From: Acidobacteriota bacterium
GTDB lineage: Bacteria; Acidobacteriota; UBA6911; RPQK01; CBDAPI01
Direction of reading: 5' to 3'
DNA: 64,000 nucleotides
Assembly (NCBI GenBank): GCA_965205615.1
Contig: CBDBHK010000033.1
Span: forward strand, 102,822-166,821
Notes under the pieces: generated by a model
Databases searched by the model: none
Told to the model about the DNA's origin: nothing
What the model saw: the letters and a program-made list of their open reading frames with translations, nothing else
In this document: one piece after another, positions 21,585 to 33,383 of the stretch
Numbering within the stretch: the stretch's first letter is position 1
Layout: each line of letters opens with the position of its first letter
Program-made: the position numbers and the translations under genes

Positions 21585-22694
21585 ATGGAATTCGTAGTTC
21601 AGAAGGGAGAAATCCTAAAAGAGCTCCAGTATGTGCAGGGTGTGGTCGAGAAGAAGACCACCGTACCCATCCTTTCCAATCTCCTCCTCGAGACAACAGG
21701 GAACACACTGACCGTTACCGGAACTGATCTGGATGTCACCATACGGTGCAGCTGCCCTGCGGCTGTCAAGGTGGCGGGCTCGGTTACCGTCTCGGCGCGC
21801 AAGCTGTTTGATATCGTGCGACTGCTCCCGGAAGCAGAGATCCACTTCAAGATGGCCGGAGGGGATGAGTGGGTAGCCGTGACCTGCGAGCGCTTGAGAT
21901 TCAAAGTCGCAAGCCTCTCTAAAGAGAACTTTCCAGATGTACCGAAAGTCGATAGTCAGAGAATTGAGCTTCCGGCGGACTCTGTCCGCTACATGATTTC
22001 CCGATGTGTCTTTGCCATCACTCAGGAGGAATCGCGCTTCGCATTGAACGGCGCGCTCCTGATTCTAAAGGCAAACCAGATGACCCTGGTGACGACTGAT
22101 GGCCATCGACTGGCTCTGATCTCAGCGCCTGCCGAGATTCCAGGCCTGGAAGGCGAGACGAAGAGCCTGGTTCCCAAGAAAACCCTGGTCGAACTTGTGA
22201 AGCTGGCAGCTTCCGGTTACGACGTTATCCAATTCGCCAGGGACTCGAACCATCTCCTGTTCGAAGTGGGCGAACGGCTCCTGATCTCCCGGATGTTGAG
22301 TGGCCAGTTTCCCAACTACGAAATGGTGATTCCAGCGGAAAACGACAAGAACGTTCTGATCCCGACGGTTGAACTGAGCGACACGGTCCGAAGGGTTGCG
22401 ATCATGGCAGACGAGCAGTCGCGAGCCATCAAGCTTGATCTCAGTGAAGGCCAGCTGGATGTTTCGTCCAACAATGCGGATCTGGGAGAAGCGACGGCAT
22501 CTTTACCTGTGGAGTTCGAGGGCGAAGGCCTCTCGATTTGCTTTAACGCAGGATACCTGCTGGACTTCCTTTCGGCGCTCGATTCCGACAGGGTTTCCGT
22601 GCTGCTTCGAGACGGAGAAACACAGGGCCTCTTCAGTCCCGCTGACGACGAAGAGTACTCCTATAAGTACGTTGTCATGCCGATGCAGCTCTGA
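21585..22694 (+). CDS. dnaN: DNA polymerase III beta sliding clamp
   Basis: 369 aa, three-domain clamp pattern. Immediately follows dnaA. Confidence 0.9.
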   Translation: MEFVVQKGEILKELQYVQGVVEKKTTVPILSNLLLETTGNTLTVTGTDLDVTIRCSCPAAVKVAGSVTVSARKLFDIVRLLPEAEIHFKMAGGDEWVAVTCERLRFKVASLSKENFPDVPKVDSQRIELPADSVRYMISRCVFAITQEESRFALNGALLILKANQMTLVTTDGHRLALISAPAEIPGLEGETKSLVPKKTLVELVKLAASGYDVIQFARDSNHLLFEVGERLLISRMLSGQFPNYEMVIPAENDKNVLIPTVELSDTVRRVAIMADEQSRAIKLDLSEGQLDVSSNNADLGEATASLPVEFEGEGLSICFNAGYLLDFLSALDSDRVSVLLRDGETQGLFSPADDEEYSYKYVVMPMQL

Positions 22695-22876
22695 AACCGC
22701 GTCCCCACCCTTTCCCATCTTCCAGAAATCCAAAAGTCTTTACAGGTCAGATATTTAGTCTAGCTGCGAAGAGCTGGAGGGATCTCCTTCGAGCCGGAGG
22801 TCTGTGGTAAAATTAGCGTGATCTGAAGGAAGACTTTCCGATAGGCGCTTTGTTCTGAACTTCCCTCCAGGATTAA

Positions 22877-25264
<2,388 letters not shown>

Positions 25265-25268
25265 CAGT

Positions 25269-25294
25269 CCGTGGTGGAAATCGCGCGGGTCGCG
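25269..25294 (+). repeat. REP-like palindromic element (inverted copy of the 25507 unit)
   Basis: ccgtggtggaaatcgcgcgggtcgcg is the reverse complement, with 2 mismatches, of cgcgacccgtgcgattttcaccacgg at 25507-25532. Confidence 0.6.
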
Positions 25295-25506
25295 CGCCAG
25301 GGATTTGCGTTCGCTGGCAAGGCAGGAGGAGGAAACCGATGCTGGTTCATCGGAGACGACGAGAAACGCCGCCAGGGGGCGCAAACCCCTGGCGCCCTTC
25401 GGGTTGCGGGCGGCGCAGGCCCCATCTGCTGCGTTGCCCCTCCTCGCCTATGCTTTGGCATGGACTGCGTCGCTTCGCCTTGCATCTGCACCCACGGCGC
25501 CCGCAA

Positions 25507-25532
25507 CGCGACCCGTGCGATTTTCACCACGG
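25507..25532 (+). repeat. REP-like palindromic element (hairpin cccgtg/cacggg) in the gyrB-gyrA spacer
   Basis: cgcgacccgtgcgattttcaccacgg; related copy at 29325-29350 (cgcgacccgtgggactttcactacgg). Confidence 0.6.
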
Positions 25533-25554
25533 GCTGCTAGGACCCCCATTCTGA

Positions 25555-28023
25555 ATGGCTGAGCCCGGACGAACCGAACTCCCCGTCAACATCGAAGACG
25601 AGATGCGTGAGTCTTATCTGGACTATGCCATGTCCGTGATCATCGGGAGAGCGCTGCCCGACATCAGGGACGGCCTCAAGCCTGTACACCGCCGCATACT
25701 CTACTCCATGCAGGAGTTGTCCAATACCTTCAACAGGGCCCACAAAAAGTCAGCCCGCATCGTTGGGGAAGTCATTGGAAAGTATCATCCCCACGGTGAT
25801 GCGGCGGTCTACGACACCATGGTCCGCATGGCGCAGGGTTTCTCGATGCGTGAGATCCTGGTAGACGGTCAGGGGAACTTTGGATCCGTCGACGGAGACT
25901 CCCCGGCGGCCATGCGCTACACCGAGGTCCGCATGTCGCGGATCGCAACCGAGCTGCTGGCGGATATTGAACGGGACACCGTCGATTTCGTTCCCAACTA
26001 CGACGAGTCTCTAAGCGAGCCAACTGTATTGCCCGCCAGGTTTCCCAACCTGCTGGTCAACGGAACTTCAGGCATTGCTGTCGGTATGGCCACCAACATT
26101 CCGCCTCACAATCTGAGCGAGGTGGTCGATGCAGCTCTTCTGCTCCTGGATAGAGAGGATGCATCTTTGGCCGAGGTTCTTGAACTGATCCCGGGCCCGG
26201 ATTTTCCGACGGGCGCCTTCATCTATGGTCGGCAGGGGATCTTCAGTGCCTATCAGACCGGGCGAGGCATCATTTACCTGAGGGCCAGATCGACGTTCGA
26301 GCCCCTGGGCAAGGACCGGGAGTCGATTATTATTCACGAGCTTCCGTATCAGGTGAACAAAGCTCGGCTCATCGAAAAGATCGCCCAGCTCGTGAATCAG
26401 AAAAAGATCCAGGGCATCAGCGACCTGCGAGATGAGAGTGACCGCCGCGGGATGCGGGTCGTCATCGAGTTAAAAAAGGGCGAACTGCCGCAGATCGTTC
26501 TGAACACTCTTTACAAGCTGACGTCCCTGCAGTCTTCGTTCGGCATTATTCTGCTGGCTATCGTCAATGGCCGCCCCAGGGTCCTTTCCATTACGGAAGT
26601 CATCGGTCACTTCCTCGAGCACAGGAAGGACGTCGTCAGGCGTCGCACGGCTTTCGAACTCGACAAGGCGGTCCGGCGGGCCCACGTGTTGGATGGTCTT
26701 CGCATTGCTCTTGGCCACCTGGATCAGATCATCGATCTGATTCGAAAGGCCCAGAATCCAGCCGCGGCCAAAGAGGCTCTCGTCCAGCAGTTCGAGCTGA
26801 CTGAAATCCAGGCGCAGGCCATCCTGGAAATGCGGTTGCAGCGCCTGACCGGACTGGAACGCGAGAAGATTGAACAGGAATACAGTGGTCGCCAGGAAAC
26901 CATCTTCAGGCTTCGGCAAATCCTGGAAGACAAAGCAGCCCTCAAGGATGTGATTCGCGAAGAGCTGGTCGAGATTCAGGCTACCTACAAGAGCCCCCGT
27001 CGAACGGAGATCGTAGACACGCAGATCGATCTTTCCATGGAGGACCTGATTGCCGAAGAGCAAATGGTCATAACAGCCAGTCGCAACGGCTACATCAAGC
27101 GGACCTCCCTGAGCACCTACCGGAGCCAGCACCGGGGTGGGAAAGGGCGCATCGGGATGTCGACCCGGACCGAGGAAGACATCATCGCGGATCTGTTCGT
27201 GGCTTCCACGCATAGCTACATGCTCATCTTTACTGCCCGGGGAAAGTTGCACTGGCTCAAAGCCTGGAAGATCCCTGAGGTAGGAACGACCGGAAAAGGA
27301 AAACCTATCGTCAACCTCATCAATATCGATTCCGACGACCGAGTTGCCGATATGTTGAACGTCCGTGACTTCGAGGGGCCGGCTCAGGTGGTCACGGCGT
27401 CTCTCCGAGGCTACGTGAAGAAAACTCCTGTGAGTGCGTACTCCAACCCGCGCTCCTCCGGAATCATCGCCTGTGGTGTAGATGAGGGAGACGAATTGAT
27501 GAGCGTCATGCTGGCCGAGGACGACCGCGATATGGTGCTGTTCTCGAGGCAGGGAAAGGCGATTCGCTTCAATTCTGAACAGGTTCGAAGTATGGGCCGC
27601 ACGGCCCGCGGGGTCCGGGGTATAAGACTCCGTCCGGGCGACGAGTTGATCGGAATGGAGATCGTCGATCCGGAACGCGCAGATCTGCTGGCTGTGACGG
27701 AACATGGATTCGGAAAACGCACACCTATCAACCAGTATCGGGCCCAGGGTCGGGGCGGTCAGGGAGTGATCAACATCCGGACCTCCGAGAGAAACGGGGA
27801 TGTCGTCACCTCGTTCCTCGCCAATGATGATTCGGACATCATGATCATCACCGAAAACGGGAAGCTGATCCGGCTCCCGGTCCATCAGATCCGATTGACC
27901 GTGTCGCGCAGCGCCCAGGGAGTAAAGCTGATCGATCTGGGAAAAGACGACCGGGTTGCGGACGTCAGCCTGATCTCAGCTGGTGAGGACGAGGAAGAAG
28001 AGACCTCTTCGGAAGAGAGCTAG
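25555..28023 (+). CDS. gyrA: DNA gyrase subunit A
   Basis: 822 aa. Active-site region ([16 protein letters not shown], catalytic Tyr in [10 protein letters not shown]) and C-terminal beta-pinwheel repeats. Confidence 0.9.
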   Translation: MAEPGRTELPVNIEDEMRESYLDYAMSVIIGRALPDIRDGLKPVHRRILYSMQELSNTFNRAHKKSARIVGEVIGKYHPHGDAAVYDTMVRMAQGFSMREILVDGQGNFGSVDGDSPAAMRYTEVRMSRIATELLADIERDTVDFVPNYDESLSEPTVLPARFPNLLVNGTSGIAVGMATNIPPHNLSEVVDAALLLLDREDASLAEVLELIPGPDFPTGAFIYGRQGIFSAYQTGRGIIYLRARSTFEPLGKDRESIIIHELPYQVNKARLIEKIAQLVNQKKIQGISDLRDESDRRGMRVVIELKKGELPQIVLNTLYKLTSLQSSFGIILLAIVNGRPRVLSITEVIGHFLEHRKDVVRRRTAFELDKAVRRAHVLDGLRIALGHLDQIIDLIRKAQNPAAAKEALVQQFELTEIQAQAILEMRLQRLTGLEREKIEQEYSGRQETIFRLRQILEDKAALKDVIREELVEIQATYKSPRRTEIVDTQIDLSMEDLIAEEQMVITASRNGYIKRTSLSTYRSQHRGGKGRIGMSTRTEEDIIADLFVASTHSYMLIFTARGKLHWLKAWKIPEVGTTGKGKPIVNLINIDSDDRVADMLNVRDFEGPAQVVTASLRGYVKKTPVSAYSNPRSSGIIACGVDEGDELMSVMLAEDDRDMVLFSRQGKAIRFNSEQVRSMGRTARGVRGIRLRPGDELIGMEIVDPERADLLAVTEHGFGKRTPINQYRAQGRGGQGVINIRTSERNGDVVTSFLANDDSDIMIITENGKLIRLPVHQIRLTVSRSAQGVKLIDLGKDDRVADVSLISAGEDEEEETSSEES

Positions 28024-28026
28024 CAG

Positions 28027-28845
28027 TTGCCAGGAATGAAAGTCGTCAGTCGGGGGGTCCTCGGACTTCCGCTCCTGATGCTCGGCTTTGCCATCTTCGT
28101 CGTGAAGCAGAGGGAAGGTCAGCCCCGGGATCTTCTACGCCAGGCCCGGTCCCTGGAGAGGAGCGGTAGCGCAGCAGAAGCACTGGCTGTGTACGATCGT
28201 CTCGTGACGGAGCACTCCGGGACTCACAATGCCTGCCAGGCACTGTGGGAGATGGCATCCATCGAGTATTCGGTGATGCGAGACACCGATAGGGCCCTGC
28301 GTCTGTTCCAGAATCTTGTTGACTCCTGTCAGGGGGACAGGCTCGTAGGCCAGGCGATGCTGATGCTGGCGGACATTCATGAGATCGACCTGCGTGAGCT
28401 CGAGCGTTCGAACCAGCTCAGGCGTGACTATGTGGCGATGGATACGGAATCGGCGCGGTTCCCCGAAACGTTGTTCAAGATCGGAGATGTTCTGTTCAAA
28501 CAAGGGAGATTCTCCCAGGCCACCGAGGCATTCGAACGTCTCCTCGGCCTCAACCCGGGTGAGGAAATTGCGGCACAAGCCAACCTTCGCATGGGAGCCA
28601 TCCTGCAGTTGAATCAGGATTACGACAGATCAATCGGGTATTTTGAGGCAGTAACCCGGGAATCCGGAAGTCCCGCATTCCGGCTCCAGGCGCGCTTGGG
28701 TCTCATCGAAAGTTATGAGTTCATGGAGCAACTCTCGCGGGCCGTTGAGATCGCTCGGGACATTCAGCCTGACGAGTATCCAAACGAACTTAAAAACGAC
28801 ATCCTGATGAGACTCAACAGGAAGAAACTGCATTTCGAGCGATGA
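28027..28845 (+). CDS. Membrane-anchored tetratricopeptide-repeat protein
   Basis: 272 aa. N-terminal TM segment and several TPR-like helical repeats. Confidence 0.45.
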   Translation: MPGMKVVSRGVLGLPLLMLGFAIFVVKQREGQPRDLLRQARSLERSGSAAEALAVYDRLVTEHSGTHNACQALWEMASIEYSVMRDTDRALRLFQNLVDSCQGDRLVGQAMLMLADIHEIDLRELERSNQLRRDYVAMDTESARFPETLFKIGDVLFKQGRFSQATEAFERLLGLNPGEEIAAQANLRMGAILQLNQDYDRSIGYFEAVTRESGSPAFRLQARLGLIESYEFMEQLSRAVEIARDIQPDEYPNELKNDILMRLNRKKLHFER

Positions 28846-29297
28846 GCTGGTGGCAATCAACGGTTGTGCTGGGCTTTGCGATCCTCCTCGCGGTGGGTGG
28901 CGGGGTGTGGTGGCTCTACACGCGCCGCGCCGCAGCCACGAAGGAAAAGGCCCCGGATGACTATCTCACAGCGCTTAAGGACAAGTACCCTGAGGCCTTC
29001 GATGTCCTCTCGCGGTTTGAACGAAAAAAGGGTCTGGCAATCCTGGCGGCAAGTAGTCCCGACCTTGATACGGCGCTCGGCGAAATCAGGAAATATGCAA
29101 AGAGTGAGTCATCAGCCTCCCAAAAGAAATTCGGTCTGGAGATTTCACCCGGCGCCTCAGCCGGAGATACGACCCGGCTGAAGGCGGCCCTTGTGACCAT
29201 TGTCCGCGGGATCTATTCGAACCCCGAGAACGTGAAAAGTCTGGGTGAAGGCGGCCCGGACGCCCTCGACGCGTTCTTGAGTTCCCTGGTCGACTAA
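28842..29297 (+). CDS. Hypothetical membrane-anchored protein
   Basis: 151 aa. Single N-terminal TM helix (VVLGFAILLAVGGGVWWLY). Translationally coupled to the upstream TPR gene. No recognisable domain. Confidence 0.35.
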   Translation: MSWWQSTVVLGFAILLAVGGGVWWLYTRRAAATKEKAPDDYLTALKDKYPEAFDVLSRFERKKGLAILAASSPDLDTALGEIRKYAKSESSASQKKFGLEISPGASAGDTTRLKAALVTIVRGIYSNPENVKSLGEGGPDALDAFLSSLVD

Positions 29298-29324
29298 CAG
29301 TCCCGGGTTGAGAGTCGACTTCAA

Positions 29325-29350
29325 CGCGACCCGTGGGACTTTCACTACGG
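29325..29350 (+). repeat. REP-like palindromic element, third copy
   Basis: cgcgacccgtgggactttcactacgg; family member of the 25507 unit. Confidence 0.55.
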
Positions 29351-29373
29351 GCTCCCAACCCTCGTGGTATAAT
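29341..29373 (+). promoter_or_regulatory. Candidate extended -10 promoter (TGGTATAAT) for rpsU with ~200-nt structured leader
   Basis: tggtataat at 29365-29373. Immediately followed by a perfect 9-bp-stem hairpin agcttcgct-tga-gcgaagct (29387-29406). A further palindrome gcgcgctactgtagcgcgc lies ~29461-29490, before rpsU at 29581. Confidence 0.4.
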
Positions 29374-29580
29374 CCCCGTTCCTTCTAGCTTCGCTTGAGC
29401 GAAGCTGATGGTTGATGTTGAGTAGTTCGGGCCAAAGAGACGCTTGGGCTGAGACGCGCTGTAGTTGGGCGCGCTACTGTAGCGCGCGTGACAACAAGCG
29501 AGCCGGGATGAGTCGCGATCATCAAGCTGCGTGACTCTGACTACTGCTCGTCAGGTACCAAGGAAAGGGGTCTTCGAGGT

Positions 29581-29787
29581 TTGGCGTATGTAAAGGTTCA
29601 GGACGGTGAGTCTCTGGAAAGTGCCCTGCGGCGTTTCAAGCGTAAGGTACAGCAGGAAGACATCATCAAGGACATCAAGAAGCACACCTTCTATTTGAAG
29701 CCCGGAGAACGCAAGCGCCTCAAACAGGCCCTGGCTCGGAAGCGTGCCCGCAAAAAGATGCGCCAGGCCTTCCGGTTTCGAAGATAA
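29581..29787 (+). CDS. rpsU: 30S ribosomal protein S21
   Basis: 68 aa MAYVKVQDGESLESALRRFKRKVQQEDIIKDIKKHTFYLKPGERKRLKQALARKRARKKMRQAF is typical S21. Confidence 0.85.
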   Translation: MAYVKVQDGESLESALRRFKRKVQQEDIIKDIKKHTFYLKPGERKRLKQALARKRARKKMRQAFRFRR

Positions 29788-31021
29788 GTACCTGTTGAGC
29801 CGATTCGTAGGCATTGCGGGAGTTCTGACCATCATCGGGATCGCAGTGCTGGCGTCCCGGGACCGCCGCAGGATTCCCTGGCGCATGGTCTTCTGGGCCA
29901 TCATTCTGCAACTGATTTTCGGCGTCTTTGTTCTCAAGACCCGGCTTGGCCAGGATGTTCTGGGCGGAACCGCAGGGGCAGTTACCGCCTTGATCGGCTA
30001 CGCGGACTACGGAGGGCAGTTCGTCTTTGACTTTCTAGCCAGGGATCCGACACCTTACATTTTCGCGTTCCGCGTTCTCCCGATCGTCATCTTCATTTCT
30101 TGTTTTTTCACCTGTCTGTACCACCTGGGCATCATGCAATTGATAGTTCTGGGAATGGCCAGGATCATGAAAAGGTTCCTGGGAGTGAGCGGTGCCGAGT
30201 CGCTGGCCGCGGCCGCCAACGTTTTCATGGGGCAGACAGAAGCTCCTCTGGTCATCGCGCCGTACATACCCGGCATGACTTACTCCGAACTGATGGCTCT
30301 CATGACGGGTGGAATGGCCACGGTTTCCGGCGCCATCCTGGGTGCCTACATCGGATACGGTATCAATGCGGAATACCTGATCGCCGGCAGCCTCATGGCG
30401 GCGCCCGCAGCCCTGATGATGGCTAAAATCATGGTTCCGGAAACAGGAGAGCCCCTGACCGCGGGAGAGGTCCGACTGAAAATCGAGCGCACCGATGTGA
30501 ATCTGATCGAAGCAGCAGCCCGGGGCGCCGCCCAGGGTCTTAAACTTGCCCTCAATATAGCGGCGATGCTGATCGCCTTTATTGCCATGACGTACCTGCT
30601 CAACGCCGTCCTTTCCTGGTGCGGCCGCGGGGTCGGCCTGGAACGCATCCTGGGTGCCCCCGTCACTCTGCAATTACTACTCGGTTATCTGCTCGCGCCC
30701 CTCGCTTTCGTCATGGGCGTGCCTCTTGCAGAAGCGACCAGCGTGGGACGGCTACTGGGTCTCAAGATCGTGCTCAACGAAGTGATCGCCTACGCTGATC
30801 TGGCTGAGATCAAAGAGACCCTCAGTCCCAGGAGTGAACTGATCGCCACCTTTGCGCTGTGTGGATTCGCCAACTTCGCCAGTCTTGGAATCCAGCTGGG
30901 AGGAATCGGACCACTGGCCCCGGACCGGAGGAAGGACCTGGCGACCGTTGGCCCGCGGGCGCTTCTTGCCGGGGCCCTGGCGACCTGCCTGACAGCCACT
31001 CTGGCCGGACTGATCTCTTAG
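29744..31021 (+). CDS. Concentrative nucleoside transporter (NupC/CNT family)
   Basis: 425 aa polytopic membrane protein with CNT-family conserved segments (GVSGAESLAAAANVFMGQTEAPLVIAPY, GFANFASLGIQLGGIG). The annotated start overlaps rpsU; the true start is probably ~29790-29800. Confidence 0.7.
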   Translation: MPAKRCARPSGFEDKYLLSRFVGIAGVLTIIGIAVLASRDRRRIPWRMVFWAIILQLIFGVFVLKTRLGQDVLGGTAGAVTALIGYADYGGQFVFDFLARDPTPYIFAFRVLPIVIFISCFFTCLYHLGIMQLIVLGMARIMKRFLGVSGAESLAAAANVFMGQTEAPLVIAPYIPGMTYSELMALMTGGMATVSGAILGAYIGYGINAEYLIAGSLMAAPAALMMAKIMVPETGEPLTAGEVRLKIERTDVNLIEAAARGAAQGLKLALNIAAMLIAFIAMTYLLNAVLSWCGRGVGLERILGAPVTLQLLLGYLLAPLAFVMGVPLAEATSVGRLLGLKIVLNEVIAYADLAEIKETLSPRSELIATFALCGFANFASLGIQLGGIGPLAPDRRKDLATVGPRALLAGALATCLTATLAGLIS

Positions 31022-31083
31022 GACGTACTTTATGGAAGAGAACACCTAGTACGGACCCTGTCCGGGAGACCTCTCAAGTGGAT

Positions 31084-31908
31084 ATGGCACGGTACGGGGA
31101 ACGGCTGCAAGAAGCTGTGGACTTCCTGGCGCGGAGGCTGGGAAGCCCTCCGCGGACAGCACTGGTATTGGGCAGTGGACTCGGGGAGTTTGCAGATTCA
31201 GTGCCTCAACGGGAGATCCTTCCCTATCATGAGATCCCTCACTTTCTCACTCCCCGGGTCATCAGTCATGCCGGCCGGCTGATCCTGTCGGAGGGTCGCA
31301 GCGCTCCCTTTGTGACCCTGCAGGGCCGGACTCATTTTTATGAGGGTGTTTCCCAGAAACAGGTAGTGTTTCCGGTTCGCGTACTGGCGTTGTGGGGAGT
31401 GCAGGATTTCGTCGTCACCAACGCGGCCGGTGCCATCAACCTGGACTTTTCCCCCGGTGACCTGATGATCCTTCGAGACCACATCAACCTGTCGGGCGAC
31501 AATCCGCTGGCCGGGGAGAATCTGGAGGTTCTAGGGGAGCGCTTTCCGGACATGACCAATGCGTATCATTCCGAACTGCGCGAGATGGCACTCCAGGCTG
31601 GTCGCCGCCTCGAGCTCGAGTTGAAGCAGGGGGTCTACGTGAGTGTCAAAGGGCCTTCCTACGAGACGCCGGCTGAAATCCGGATGTTCAGGGCGGTGGG
31701 GGCGGACGCCGTGGGGATGTCGACGGTACCGGAAGTCATCAGCTTGAACCACATGCGACGTCGCGTGCTGGGGATTTCCTGCATGACCAACATGGCTGCC
31801 GGGATTCAGCCGGGGCCACTCGTCCATGAACGGGTTCTGGAGACGACCGGAAAGGTGCGGCAGAATTTTGAAAACCTGATCTTGGCCTGTCTGGAGGAAA
31901 TGAATTGA
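31084..31908 (+). CDS. Purine nucleoside phosphorylase (trimeric PNP/MTAP family I)
   Basis: 274 aa from ATG 31084 (the ORF finder extended it to 30859). Motifs LVLGSGLG, VKGPSYETPAEIR, GADAVGMSTVPEV. Confidence 0.8.
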   Translation: MARYGERLQEAVDFLARRLGSPPRTALVLGSGLGEFADSVPQREILPYHEIPHFLTPRVISHAGRLILSEGRSAPFVTLQGRTHFYEGVSQKQVVFPVRVLALWGVQDFVVTNAAGAINLDFSPGDLMILRDHINLSGDNPLAGENLEVLGERFPDMTNAYHSELREMALQAGRRLELELKQGVYVSVKGPSYETPAEIRMFRAVGADAVGMSTVPEVISLNHMRRRVLGISCMTNMAAGIQPGPLVHERVLETTGKVRQNFENLILACLEEMN

Positions 31909-33383
31909 AGGCTGAACGCTGGCGCCGTGGAATTCGAAGGGGCCGGCCTTGTGCCGGCCCGCTTGGTGGGCGACCATCAGGGTCGCCCCTGCGAGTGCTC
32001 ATTCTGACTCTACTGTTTGTTTCCTGTGGGTCCCCGGCTCCACAGAAACCCGGCGAAGCGGTCGACCTGCTGATCAGTGGTGGAACCGTCATCACCATGG
32101 ACGAGGGATTCGCGATTCACGAACCCGGATTCGTCGCCGTGCGTGATGACCGGATTCTGGCTGTTGGCGCTCTCTCGGAGGCCCGGGGGTACAGGGCTGA
32201 GAACACCCTGGACGCGACTGGAAAAATAGTGATGCCGGGTCTCATCAACGGTCATCAGCATGCCGCGATGACGCTCCTTCGTGGTCTGGGGAGCGACCTG
32301 AAGCTGATGGACTGGCTCAACGACTACATTTTTCCAGCCGAGGCCAAGAATGTCGATCCAGACTTTGTCTACTGGGGCACATTGCTCTCGGCCACGGAGA
32401 TGCTGGAATCGGGAACCACAACGTACGTGGATGTCTACTATTTCGAGGAAGAAGCTGCTCGAGCAACGGCAAAAGCAGGGATGCGGGGAATCCTGGGGCA
32501 AACGGTGATCGGATTTCCGGCTCCCGACTACAAAACCCCGCGGGAGGCCCTCCAGGGAGCCGAGGAATTCATTCGCTCCTGGAAGGACGACCCCCTGATC
32601 ACCCCGGCCATTGCGCCTCACGCTCCCTACACCTGTTCAGAGGAGGTGCTCAGGCAATCCAGGGCACTCGCCGAGGAACTGGATGTGCCCCTCCTCATTC
32701 ACCTTGCCGAAACCCGGGATGAAGTCGACCAGGTGGTTGAAAAGACAGGTTTTCGTCCGGTGGCATTTCTCAACAGCATTGGATTGCTCGTGGATCGCCT
32801 GGTTGCGGCCCACGTTGTATGGGCGAATCCGGAGGAGATCCGGTTACTCGTCGACAACGGCGTTGGTGTGATTCACAACCCGGAAAGCAATATGAAACTT
32901 GCTTCCGGAACAGCCCCTGTTCCCGAGCTACTGGAAGCCGGCGTGGCCATCGGTCTGGGCACGGATGGCGCTGCCTCCAACAACAATCTGGACCTCTTCC
33001 AGGAGATGGACACAATGGCCAAGCTGCACAAGCTGGCCGCTTTTGACCCGACGGTTATTCCGGCGCGGGAGGCCCTGGTGGCGGCTACGATCGGAGGCGC
33101 CAGGGCGCTCAACCTGGAGGCCGAACTGGGAAGTCTGGAAGCGGGCAAGAAAGCCGATTTGATTGTTCTGAATCTCGACCAGGCCTCCGCCGTCCCTGCC
33201 TATGATCCTTACGCGCTGATTGTCTACTCCCTGAGCGGATCCGCGGTCGAGACCGTGCTTGTCAACGGCAGGCAGGTGGTCCGGGACGGCGCCATCGTCA
33301 CTATTGATCGGCGGGAATTGTGGCATGAGGTCGAGAGGCTGCGAAGGAAGGTCTTGAGCTCCCTGCAGAATGAGGGCTCATGA
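31905..33383 (+). CDS. Amidohydrolase-superfamily deaminase (MtaD/SsnA/chlorohydrolase-like), probable lipoprotein
   Basis: PGLINGHQHAAMTLLRG metal-binding HxH, HLAETRDE, GLGTDGAASNN. N-terminal LLFVSCGS lipobox-like. Co-located with the nucleoside transporter and PNP. Confidence 0.6.
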   Translation: MKAERWRRGIRRGRPCAGPLGGRPSGSPLRVLILTLLFVSCGSPAPQKPGEAVDLLISGGTVITMDEGFAIHEPGFVAVRDDRILAVGALSEARGYRAENTLDATGKIVMPGLINGHQHAAMTLLRGLGSDLKLMDWLNDYIFPAEAKNVDPDFVYWGTLLSATEMLESGTTTYVDVYYFEEEAARATAKAGMRGILGQTVIGFPAPDYKTPREALQGAEEFIRSWKDDPLITPAIAPHAPYTCSEEVLRQSRALAEELDVPLLIHLAETRDEVDQVVEKTGFRPVAFLNSIGLLVDRLVAAHVVWANPEEIRLLVDNGVGVIHNPESNMKLASGTAPVPELLEAGVAIGLGTDGAASNNNLDLFQEMDTMAKLHKLAAFDPTVIPAREALVAATIGGARALNLEAELGSLEAGKKADLIVLNLDQASAVPAYDPYALIVYSLSGSAVETVLVNGRQVVRDGAIVTIDRRELWHEVERLRRKVLSSLQNEGS

